A stretch of 64,000 nucleotides of DNA from positions 434,001 to 498,000 of the forward strand of contig OZ025654.1 in the NCBI GenBank assembly GCA_964019335.1, in the 5' to 3' direction. Made by a program: the position numbers and the translations under genes. This stretch comes from Diplonema japonicum (lineage: Eukaryota > Protista > Euglenozoa: Diplonemea). The notes under the pieces were generated by a model. That model had not been told where the DNA came from. It made no database searches and saw only the letters and a program-made list of their open reading frames with translations. This document shows, in pieces, positions 41,193 to 53,109 of this stretch. Each line of letters begins with the position of its first letter. The first letter of the stretch is position 1.

Positions 41193-44100
41193 GCTGTACA
41201 ACGTCTATCGCATCCTCGAACTCCCTCTGGTGCTTGTAGTTCTTGGCGTCGAGGAAGGCCACTCCTTTGACCTCCGTGTGCAGCTCCCACCGCGCCTCCT
41301 GGACCGTGACGTGGGTCGGGTGCGGGCACGACTCCTCGTCCATCCACCACCTCAGGTACGCTTCCAGGCTCGTCGTTCGCTCCTCAGAGGGGATCTCCAA
41401 ACAGTCCTTCAGAGCAGCCACCACCTCCTCAGCTGCATCATCGACCGATAACGCGTCACACCCCTTCCTCAAGAGAGCCGCCTCCTTCGCCACATAGATC
41501 GCCTCGTTGCTCACCCCGATGCACTCCCCGCGCTCGAGCCCCTTCAGCCTCGTCCGGACCTCTTCGATGAGCCTTCCTTCTCCCCCCGTGTAGTACTTGT
41601 GCTTCTCGAACCTGTTCAAGAGGGGCGGTGGGAAGGTGTTATAGGCATCGTCCTCCGTGCACAGCAGCATCAGCTTCAGGTCCTTGTGAACCTCCGCCTT
41701 CATCCTGGCGTGGCCCACCCCGATGTCGACGTACCTGCGCGCCCCGTAGGTCACGTAGAACTTGTTGAACAGGTCATACATCGATTCATAACAAGCGTTC
41801 GCATTCGTGATGATGAAGGTCTTCCCCGTGTTCAGAAGCGGCTTCATCCGCCTGATCAGGTCCTGCGTGAAGCCCAAGCCCTTGTCCCCAGGAAACCCGC
41901 TCCCGCAGATCACCTCCAGCTCCTCTGCCTTCTCCCCGACGAAGTGCTGCCTCAGGTTCCCCAGCGACCCAGAAATACTGTCGCACACCAGCAGTGGGTA
42001 CCTCGCCTTCTCGGGTTCCTCCAGTGCCTTCAGTGCTGCTTCCGTGCTGTGACGGTACAGCGTGTTTCTCAGAACCTCTTTGGGGTACACCTCATTGTTT
42101 GTTTGGTCTTCTTCATCCTCTTCTTCTTCTTCTTCTTCCTCTTCCTCTTCCTCTCCCTCTTCATCTTCCCCTATTTCTACTTTGAGATAGGGCTGAACGG
42201 CCTTCAAGAAGATGGTATCAACCTCCTCCTGAGGACCAAGAGGGAGGCCAGAAAAGTTCCTGTACACACAGTCCATCACAGAGGGAACGTCAAGCGTCTC
42301 GCTCGCCACCATCCTGTTGACCCCGGAGTAGAAATCTCGTAGAGCATAGAAGGCTCCCTCGGGGAACTCTTTCTTCTGTGACATCACCTCTGTGGTTTTG
42401 CAGAAGGCCTTCGAGATGGCGCCGAGAAGCTTCTTCCCCGTCTGCATGTCCTTCTCACGGCCCTTCTGCCCCAAGAAGTCCAACGCGGTGTCCTCCAGGT
42501 CGGAGGGCGAGGGGAGGGACCTCGTGATGAAGAGACCTCGGTTCATCTTCGCGGGGTCCACCTGCCAGTTCGACATGAGCAGGCACGGACGGTCCTTCGA
42601 GTCGAACCGCTGGTGCAGAACCTTCAGAGGCATCTCCTTGCTCATTTCTGCAAGCCCCACTTCCTCCAACACCACCACCCCGTCCGCTTGCCCATCCACA
42701 GCATCGAAGTGAGACTCCAGGTCAGCCGTTGTTGTGTGTGGTGAGCACTGCAGCACCCGGAGCGTCACCGCGGGGAGTGCCCGGAACAGCGGTGTCCCAG
42801 AACGCTTCCCGCGCATCGCATCCGCCACAATCGCTTTCGCAAGGGACTTGCTCGTCCCAGGAGGCCCGATGATGAAGAGCGGGACCTTGATGCTCACAGC
42901 GATCGCTGTCATGTAGATGTTTTCCCGTAAGGCGTTGTTCATCACCACACCGTCGGGGAGGCAATCCTCCATAGCCTTCGCGAACACCTTTTGAAGCTTT
43001 AAGAAGACATCCTGTATTTCTGAGAACATTATTATCCCATCCAACTCTTCATAGATAAGCTCCCTTTCACCAAGCTTCGATGCATAGACAGTGCACACCG
43101 CACAGATGGCGCACTCGCCTTCGTCTAGGTCTAAAATCAACAACTCGCACAGCTCGTTCAGCTTGTTGTAGACCTTTTCAAAGTAGTTGATGTCTCGGAA
43201 GGATACGAATCTGTAGTCGCTGTACGGTGACAGCTTCATGAATATGTGTGCCTTCGTCACGAGCAACACTGTACGTTGGGGAAGGTGCCTCAGCCTTTGC
43301 TGTATGCACTTCTTCAATGTGGCCTCCTGCATGTCGGGGAACTTGATGTTGAAGTCGTCCCTGGACAGAGAGTGAACCCTGTATACCTTCTCTGCGAGGT
43401 TCGCCTCATCCTTCCCCCCAGCCATCACCTGCAGTCCCATGTGGCGAAAGCGCTCGATCTCCTTCGCCGTGCGCCTGCGGTCGGGGTTGATTGCTCCGAT
43501 GATTCGCATGAACCTAGTATTTCCACTTGTCCTCAAGGACTTCCCGTTCATGCGGTCCTCGAAGAACACTTCTTTGATGAGGTCGACAGCAGGGCTCGTG
43601 TTCATCTCGTCCAAGAACAAGATCGTGGGTTGTCTGTCGACCTGGTACTGATCGTAAGCATCATCCCTGTACTTGCAGATCATCTCCATAATGTAGTCCT
43701 CTGTGTAGCCTCCATGGACAGTCTTGATGTCCAGCCTGTGGCCTCGCATGGCGCACCAAAACTTTACCAGCTCGGTCTTGCCGCACCCAGTCTCACCCTC
43801 AAGGACAAGGGGTATGTTCGCCTCGTACCACATATCGAGCTGCACCGCAAGATTCGCCACCTGTGGAGACCACACGAAGTGGCTGAAGTGGGCTGGCTTT
43901 GCATTGCCCAAGTACTTCTCGTACATTATTTCCTGACGGTGCAGAGCAGCAAAATCGAAGAACACCAGTTCCTCGTCGTTGGGCATGAGCATGTGGCTTG
44001 CAATGGAGAGGGACGATTTCGTTGGGTCCAAGTGCTTTCTTGTGTTCATGAGTTCCATCACCTTCTTAGCCATTGAGAACTGCTGTACTGTGATGTCGCC

Positions 44101-47100
44101 CCCGTTCAACTTGCGGAGACTGGCCCACAGTTTGAAGCACTCATCCTTCATATGGGCTCCCGTGCCAGGGAGAAGGTCACGAACCACTACTTGATGGTGC
44201 ACAGGAACATCACGAGGCAGCGAGGGAGCCTTTCTTTCGTTTATGCGACCAAAAATGTTCTGGACGTGAAGATAGTTCTTCGCCTGAACCTGTATCCAGT
44301 TCACATTCATGATTTTTATGAAGTTCGTCAGATCACGTGTCTCCACGAAGATGTCATCAGGCATGCGGTGCACCACGCCACTTGGCCCCACCACCATTCG
44401 TAGAACAAGCATTTCAAACAACAGCCTGTCAAGGTGCGGGCATTCACACGACGTGTCCCCAACACGGACTATCAGAGGGAGTCTCGATGTGAGAGCTCGT
44501 TTCCACGAGTCAAGCGAAGCGGTCCCGTTCAAAGTGACCATGACCCGAGGTCCCTCGATGCACTTTTTGATATACCTGGTCTTCCCGCCCCCAGGGCATT
44601 CCGAGGTCACCACAATAGCAAGATGACGGACCCACCGGGAAAGCTTCTCTTCATCCACCCTGAGGACCTCTTCAGGTACCTTTTCCTCAACAAGGACACC
44701 ACACCTCTCTCCGAAGAAAAGTACAGAGATGTCCTTGTCTTCCTTTAGCTTCTTCAGACCCGCCATCAACCTCTTCTGACAAGCAGCAGGTGCATCTTGC
44801 AGGTCGCACACAGCATACAGTGTGTTGCTCCGAAGCTCCACTCTGCGGAGAAACCTGTCGACCTCACCCATCCCTGCAGTGTGCTTCCCAGTTAGCAACA
44901 GCATGTTCCAAGCTGTGGGAAAATCCCCAGCCTTTCTGAACACTTCAAGAACTCCGACATAGGTGCTCTCTGTTTCAACAAAGAGCAAAGGGTAGGAGGT
45001 GATCGGGGCCTCGAGTGTTGGAAGCCTGAATACCAATGCGTCTTTAGACTTAAGGGCCTGCAAAGGGTAGTCGTCAAAGAGTACACCATTCGACTCCCCA
45101 TAACGCAGGAGGACCTCAGTTGGCATAGAGGCAAGGACAGGATGCTCGAGCTGCATGGCCCTCAGCTTCTTTGTCCAGCTGTCCCTCGCCTGAATCAGGC
45201 TGTCGGCATAGGTTGTGATAGCATCGGCATTCTGGCAACACCATTCCCTCTGGAGCTCACCCTGGACACACGGGACCCCATCTACTCGGCATTCCACGAA
45301 CACGGCCAGGGCTTTCTCGCTTGCTTCTAAAACGTTCATGCAGTCCCTCGTGGTTGTCTCCCCGTTGTTGAGCCTTGCGTAGTGAGCTGCTGTCACAAAG
45401 TCCTTCCATTTGTGGTGGTGGTACTCCTTCAAACCTACCAACAAGCTGAGGGTCACCACAGGGCCCTTCGCCACAAGGAGCACCTCGCCGTGATGAATGG
45501 CCTTCAGTTCCCGAAGCTGTTTTCCTTCCCCACCCTTCAGGTCACTGATGAGCTGACGGAGTTCGTCCAGATTCTTGAGGATGTTCACATGCGAGGCGGC
45601 GACAGACTTAAAATCTTCACCCCCAATGGTGGTCGCCACCACCTTCGGGTCCTTCGCAAGGCTCAACGTGTACAACACCGGCCGAGCGAGGCGTATGTCC
45701 TGCAGAGCCGACTGCAGCCCCGCATTGTCTGCCGTCTCGTCCAGAGCCACATCAAGAAACCGCACGAACTGCTTGTCTTCTTTTCCACTGTCTCCGAACC
45801 CTTCCTTATCAAGAAGCTCCACCAAAGGACGCAGTTTCATCAGTATGTCGTAGCTCTCTTCATCTGCCTCGTTGATGTGGTTGCATTTGATGTACTGTTC
45901 AGCATTCTCGGCCAGCATAACTAACACGCTCACCCTGAGGTCCTTCATCTCCAGCCATTTTGACATCAGTGCTTTTGCGAATTGGGGAAAGCACTTCCTG
46001 TACAACCTCAGCAAAGGTATCGCATTCAAACTGTGAAGCTTTCCAAGCTCTGCAATGCCTTCCTTCACACCTGCATCCACCACCTTGTCGCAGAGTTGCA
46101 TCATGGTGTCTAGAATGTCTTCGTGGCAGTACGGTATGTATTGTTGGTAGTTGTCAATACAAGCATCGGGGGTAATGCAATCCAACTTCAATGCCGCTAG
46201 AACCGCCTCCAGCTTCTTGCGTATGGTGCCCCAGTTTGCAAGTAATTCGTATACAGTATGGACATTGGTGGTCACAAGCCTCTGCATGATCTTCTTCGCC
46301 TTTAACTCCTTCAGCATCCCAGCTTTCTCCAGAAGCCCCGCCTCCTGCAGTTTCTTGTACTCCCAAAAACTCTCACAAGTCGACTTTCGATTCTTGATCT
46401 TTCTGTCTCGGTGAAAGGTCACAAGGTTCTTCGAGATTTGAGGTGACAACTTAAAGACCGATTCGATGTCCTGATAGCATTGAATCAGTCTTACGCGCTC
46501 ACTGTTCCACACAACTACCTCCGCCATCTTCTGCTCAAGGTCACCGATGTTCAACAACACCTTCCCGCTCATTTCATTGACAATGTTAAGAATAGTGAGG
46601 AACCTGTCCTTCTCCTTTGCCAGTGTACAGACCTCATCAATGTCAAGCTCCCCGATACCGGTTGAATACTTCTTACAAAGCTCACTTGTGAACTCCTTCA
46701 GTTCCTTGATGTCCGTTGTGATCTTCAGCAGCTTGCAGACCTGCAAAGCCTGCATCGTCTCTGGAAGTACCAAGCTGGCTGTTGTCTTCGTTGCCTTCTT
46801 CAGCCCTTGGCCGACAAGATGTATCACCGCGTCTTTATACGGTTCCCAGTCTGCAGCCGTTTTGTTGCTTAGAATGTCCTCGAGACTGGCGACCCTCTTC
46901 ACCAGACCGTTCACGAAGGCTTGGTCCTCAGCCCACGGCGCAGAGCTTAAGTTGAGTGGTGGGATGTCCTTCACGTCGATCTGCATGTTGCTAAATACGA
47001 GGGTTCGCTTGTTGATGTTGAGGTGGTGCAAGCACATGATCTTAGAGGGGTGTCCGTTCTTTACAAGATCTGTGTATTCCTTCAAGATGAAGGTATCTTT

Positions 47101-48264
47101 CGTGGCTAGCTTCGTACAGTTCATGTTCATGACGAGTGTGGCCTGCCACGCAGTGGACTCTGTAGGTGGTACCTTTTTGAACAGTTTTCCAAGCACTTCG
47201 CTTGGTGGTGAATCAGAAGTGCCAGAAGACGTCGACAACAACCGCAGTACCAGTGAGTACCACTCGGCTGGAGCATCTTGCTTTGAGCCACCCATCTTTC
47301 TGATGACTGCAAGTACAAGATCCGGCCGGGGGACGGGAAGGTTGTCCATTTCCATCAGAGGAGCAGGGTGCTTCCACAGGAGGTAGGGAAGCAAACCCTC
47401 ATGCCTTTTCATTGCGGTCTCCAAAACGGCAGGTTTCTTGCTTGCTAAGTCAGCTGCCAACTCAGAGCTGTCACGTTTTTGAATGTGGAGAGCTCTCTGA
47501 AACTGATCATCCGACGGCACCCAGTTTCCCTTTATGCCCGTGATGCGGCGGCTACTTGAGGCGAACAAACCCTCCGCAAGGATGTTGGTCGTGATCTTTG
47601 GGTTGAAGTCGGCCATCGGTTCTCTCCTCTGTGCGACTTCGAGGAACGTTTCCAGCAGCTTGCCTTCCAGCAGAACTGCACCATCTACTTCGTGGAGAGC
47701 GGTGAACCACTCGGTCACATCATTAATGCAGAAAAACCTGCTTAGGATGCAATCCTGCAAGAGAGGGAAATAGGTTTCAGGTGGCGTCCCGGTGAACCTA
47801 AATGTCTGGATAATGTTTTCGAAGGCCTTCTTGATGGGGTTGTTGTCTTGTTTCTTCTTCTCCTCTTGGTGTTTACGTTCAAAAAGGAGCGCACCCGACA
47901 TGTTACCGATCGGTGGTGCATAGAACGTCATGAAGTCAGCGTAGTGCAGCTCTGCCCTGTCCGAGGGGATGCTGAGCTTGCTGCCAGGTTCCGACTTTCC
48001 ATCGTACTCGTACTTCACATGTACTTCACCGGCACGAACGGGAAGCTTGTGAACAATAAATGTATGGTACTCGTTGGACTTCGTGTACACGTACTTCATG
48101 ACCTGCCATTTGGCTTCATCTCCTTGCTCTTCACTTGCTACGCTCACCTTCAGCAGGGAAGACTTAGAAACTATTTCGCAGGGAACAAACACCTTGAAAG
48201 ACATGTTAACTGACACAGCAACCTTTACCTTTGCTTTCATTGGTGGCTTCACTGGCTGGCTCAT
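36004..48264 (-). CDS. Giant fusion protein: RNF213/mysterin-like AAA+ core, Sacsin/NO VEIN-like GHKL ATPase, and BMT5/DUF2431-like SAM methyltransferase domain
   Basis: Start MSQPVKPP at 48264. AAA motifs GETGCGKT (~43780), FLDEMN, GAINP, GPPGTSKS (~42850), LEEVGLAE..PLKVLH, SNWQVDPAKMNRGLF, LRDFYS, PPPLLNRFEKH. GHKL motifs ELLQNFDDN (~39870) and IGEKGIGFKSVF (~39690). MTase motifs VLVIGDGNFSFSLAL (~36560) and VVFNFPHTG (~36350). Confidence 0.88.
41110..41196. repeat. (CAA)n microsatellite encoding poly-Gln within the giant protein
   Basis: Near-pure TTG run on the plus strand; QQQQ... in the translation. Confidence 0.95.
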
Positions 48265-48451
48265 ACTTTCGGTTTTCTTTCTTTCTTTTTTTATGACTGT
48301 AGCGGAGGTGAGGGGGGTTAACAAATAAAATAAAATAAATAAATCAAGCCGGGGTGATTAAGAAACACTTTCTTTTAATGCGGATAAAACCACTACCTTT
48401 CTAAAGCCCTTGAACACTCTTTTGTATCACACTCGAACCCATCGATTAAGG

Positions 48452-48599
48452 TCATCTTCTGTCCCTATCTCTTCTTTCTCTTCTACCACCTCTGTTCCTT
48501 TCTCTGTCTCTGTCTCTCTCTCTCTCTCTGTCTCTGTCTCTGTCCCTGTCTCTGTCCCTATCTCTATCTCTGTACCTGTCCCTGTCTCTTTCCCGGCCT

Positions 48600-48646
<47 letters not shown>

Positions 48647-51600
48647 TCTGTCTCTTTCCCGACCTCTGTCCCTGTCCCTGTCTCTGTCTCTGTCTCTGTC
48701 TCTGTCTCTGTCTCTGTCTCTGTCTCTGTCTCTGTCTCTGTCTCTGTCTCTGTCTCTGTCTCTGTCTCTGTCTCTGTCTCTGTCTCTGTCTCTGTCTCTG
48801 TCTCTATCATTGTCTCTATCTCTGCCTCTGTCCCTATCCCGGTGTCGGTCTCCATCTCTATCATCTTCCCCCCTCTCTCTGCCCGCCATCCAGTCCGTGG
48901 CTTCAGTATCTTCAACAACAAACATCGCGTCGTCATCATCCCCCGGCCTCTGCACCCTCACCGGTTCAGTGTTGGTTCTAGGCTTCTTTGCTTTGCGGAG
49001 CTCTGCTTCGAATTTCTCCTTGTATGTTTTATTGTCCCTGGCCTCCTCCTCTTCCGGCTTCGGGACATACGGGGTAGGGGAAAGCTCCGGGACCTGAGCA
49101 ATGAGGGACAAGTTCGCCTCGTCCGCCGGTTGGCGTCCTTTGAACCTGTGCAGACAGATTTCGTTATAGCGTATGAGCACGTGTAGAGCGAACAGCCTGA
49201 GGAATTCGACTAAGCCAGGGGACAAGGCATCCATGTTCCACAGGGAAGTCCATGGCGAGGAAGGCAAGAGAGTCCTCCCAAGGCTGACAGCGCTCCTGGG
49301 GTCCGATGTAAGTGTGTCATGGAAGGCGACCCACAAAGGGAACACGTCGTCAACATCGATGCCGATGCTTGCGATCACGTCAGCAGGCAGCGCCGCCAGC
49401 ATCTGCCGCACGTCAGGGTCGTTGCCGTCCACGTTGGCCGCCATCCCCTGCGCTGCCATCGTAGCGAGCGTTCCCTCCACCCAGCACACGCTCTGCAGCG
49501 CCCTGAGGAGGAACGGGGTCGGGAATGGCAACGATTTTGACTTGTCGACAAAAAATGCTGCCCACTCTGCAGGAGGGTTCAGCCCGAGGAACTCCTCCAG
49601 GTTGCTCAGCCACATGGTGCACCTGCTACGAGGCGACGGCTTGCCCTTGAGATACAGCCTATCCTGATGGTTCAGAGTTAGTATGATGGTCGAAAGCTCG
49701 GTCCATTTTCCCCCATCCACAGGGTGCTGCTGCAATTCAGTGAATCGAGGAATGGGTTGCGTGAGCAGGGTAGCGATGGGTGTGGGGTCAGGGAGCTCGG
49801 CGCTGGGGAAGACATAAAGCGAGTCGTTGACCTTTGTGAGGAGCTCTTTGATGGGGGGGAGGTAGGAAGGAGCGGTTTCTGGGGCACGGATGAGCTCGTC
49901 AAAGCGGGTGTTCCAGATCTCGTTCAGCTTGTCTTTAGAATCCTCGAAGATCGCCAAGAGGTCCTCGTAGCCAGGCTGGGCAGGTGTTGCGATGGTGGTG
50001 ATGACGTCTCGGAGGTAATGAAGTTCCTGCCAGATGGTGTGCCGCACAGAAGCGGGCCATTCTTCACCGTAGAAGGCTTTGATCTCGAAGTCTGTGGTGA
50101 AAAGATAGGTTTTGAGCATCATCTCCTTGAGGACAGCTTGGATGGCAAAGGTGTCGGACTGCCATAGGTCATCCCACACCCCGCCTGTGAACATCTTCTC
50201 GCCGACCTTTCGCGCTTTGTCCCAAAGGAGGTGCGTGTGGCGGTTGTGCTGTGTGTCTGTCTTGTCGAAGCAAGCCTTCATGAACCGCATCCTTTCGAAC
50301 GGAGAATGCTTCCCCCAATCAATATCATTTATTGCCTGGTACACCTTCGAGTCTATCCGCTCGTTTGGCTCGCCGGCATTGTTGCCACGTCGCACCTTTT
50401 CGCAGTATTCGAAAACAATGCACAGGAACGCAATGTCGAGATCGCGGTCACAGCTGGCGATGTACCGCTTCCATGGCGAATCTCTGCCGAGGCAGAGGTT
50501 CAACATGGTCGTGAGATCCCTGCTCTCCTTGGAGAAGGACCACTCCCTGTCTTTGTAATAGTTCAGGCGGGCCCATAGAGCTTCCCAAGAATCGTCCCAA
50601 ACATGATACGGGGACTCAATGTTCTCCGTGAACCTTTGGATGTCACGTGGCATGACCGAGTACTTGTGGGTCAACGTTCCCACAACCCGTTTCATGGCGA
50701 CGTAGTGAACAGACGTGAACGTTTTCTTCAGGGTGCGGGTTTTCACGTACGTCATTTTCCACAGCGGGAGGAATTTGAAGACCTTTGTACAGTCGTCGAC
50801 GACGACGGGGAGCCCTCCTTCGGGACACCCTGCAGCGAGGTGCGCTTTGATTGACAGAAGTGCTTTGTACCACCCCAACGGGTTACGCTCTTGACTCTCA
50901 ATAATGTTCTCGGGAATGCAGGCTTCTTGAAGCACGTCGATGAAATCGCTTCCATAAAAGAACACATCGTAATAGATATCTGTGTCGCAGTGGAAGACAC
51001 CCAGCTTGCTGTCTGCGTTAATCTGCGTAGGAAGGAACGACCAGATGGCCGGGTTTTTCGACTCGTTTATGCGGAGCTCCGAGTTGAAGACGAAGTTCCA
51101 TCGATCCACGTATGACTTCATCCCGGGGTTGTTGTTAGTCAACAAGTAGTAGCAAAACATCACGTTCCCCTGGTAGTAGTGCTTTCTGGGGAGCGTGACG
51201 TTCCCAGCATGGTTATAGTCCTCATAAGGGTCTTGGATGACCATGTAGCTGAACTTCTTTCTGTTTGAAGCGTCCATGTAGTGCACCCTGTTGTGCGAGG
51301 GTGTGAAGTTCAACGTGTTCGGGGTTAATGGTTCCTCGTGAGGCTCGAACCCGACAGCCAGACGGTTCCAGTGAAACCCACTGTAAAACCTGAAGAACGC
51401 GATGACAAGGTCTCGGACCTTCAACATATCGGGCTCCGAGAGGTTTTGAACCCTTCCGGGAGCGTTGAGAAGGGTGGCGTTTTGGTGCTTGACGTCTTTC
51501 GGGGGGATCATCTTGCAGTTCCCGGTGTGCTGCAGGAAGTACACCACAATGCAAAGGAACGCAAAAGGCGTCAGCCCCTCTTTGTAAGAATCGATGATCA

Positions 51601-52687
51601 TTTTCCCGCACGCCCATCGCTTCGCGATCATGATGAAGGTCAACACAACGTCAGAGTTCTCCGCAGACATTATCACGTCTTTGAACAACGCAGTCGACTG
51701 GCAAAACCCGTGTGTCGTGATGGTGATGTTGTGCTCGGCAAGCTTCTCAGCAACGTACAGGGCCGCAGGGGGGCTTTCGTGATCGTCGTAGGAGTTCTTC
51801 ATGAACACAACAGCTTCCAAAGCCGTTTTGAAGTCCTTGAAGCAAACCTCCATCACATCATCTTCACCCGAAGTAATCTCCTGCCCGAACATCTTCTTCA
51901 ACCTCGGGACCCACTGTTCCATGGCGCTCTTGTCATGGAACCTTACAACGCCGTCTTTCCATGTGTTTTTCTCAGGGAGCTTCATGTAAAACTCTTGATG
52001 TAAACTCCTCGGTGCCATCTCGATGGCTTCAGGTGGGTACACTGCTTTCTTCAAGTGTTTGCACACGAATTCAAGAAGCTCCGTTTCGGCGAAATGCTTC
52101 CCAGTGTAAAACGGAGAGATGCTGATTTCTATGTTTAAATTGCTGCCTTTGGCCGACAGACCCAGGACGGAGCTGCCCACCGATCGCGCGTAGATTCCTT
52201 TGGGGAGTAGTTGTGATACGATTTCCAAGGTGCTGGTCTTTCTTCCTAGATCGACGTGGTCTTCGCGAGAGTTTTGCGAATCGGTGATGAGTTTTGCCCA
52301 GTCTGGAGACAGTGTGGCCGGCTCTGTTTGGCTTTGGTTGCTTTGCATTGCCGACAGGATCTGCCAGCTTCTGAGGTCGCCAAGTTCGTCTTGGTGGCAC
52401 TCCTTCGCGTGATCAAGGTTCTCGCACATGAAAATCTTCAGACAGTATTCACAGTATTTAATGCGGCCTACATGGGTGTCCTTCCACGTCTTCACCCATT
52501 TTTTCAGCTTTTTTATCCTTGGGCCTGCCATGCCGTGCTGTCCTGGCTGTTTTGTGTCTTCCATTTGATGTGTAGTCATCTCTTCCCATCCCTCCCTCTG
52601 CCCCTCCTGCCATCCTGCTTCCTCCTTTTCATGTTCGAAATTCTCAGGACCCCATTCGCTATCGTCCCCTTCCACCCATTCGGACAT
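48452..52687 (-). CDS. TUTase / non-canonical poly(A) polymerase-like protein, catalytic Asp residues lost, with an N-terminal Cys/His motif and a C-terminal Arg-Asp repeat tail
   Basis: VGSSVLGLSAKGSNLNIEI (GS..DxD position reads NxN); AKRWA...GLTPFAFLCIVVYFLQ; LVIAFFRFYSGFHW...IQDPYE..NHAGNV (PAP-associated-like); CEYC...H...H; (DR)n tail. Confidence 0.8.
48455..48870. repeat. Hexamer microsatellite (TCTCTG/TCCCTG)n encoding the Arg-Asp tail
   Basis: Directly visible; produces low-complexity shadow ORFs in other frames. Confidence 0.95.
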
Positions 52688-53109
52688 CTTTTTTCTTTAC
52701 AACCCCGTAGATACCTGGAGAAGGTTTAAGATAAACTTTTCCCCCTTTTCTTTTTTTGTTCGGACAGGAAAAGACTCGCTTGTGCAAGAATCGTCAGGCG
52801 AGGGTACGGAGAAGTCGGAAGGAAAAAAAAAGGGAAGGTACTTCCTTCAAATGTTCAAAACACTTCGATATACTAACCAGAAAAAAACACACTTTTCTTT
52901 TATCTCTCCCAACCAATTAACACACTTCCAAAAAAGATAACGGCCATTTTCTTTCTTTTCTTCTCGTTTTCTTTATTAACCTACTCTTTGTAAGCAAGCA
53001 CCCAGCAGGACTTCTTAGCACACCAAGTTCGCTCGAGAACACCTGCGGACGTCCAGCACGCATCCTGCGAAATTTATTTTATTATTTTTATTTTTTCTTT
53101 TTAAAGAGA

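Noticed and set aside
48410-49186. Alternative-frame ORFs with (SV)n and (ET)n repeats
   Set aside because: Shadows of the hexamer microsatellite encoding the RD tail.
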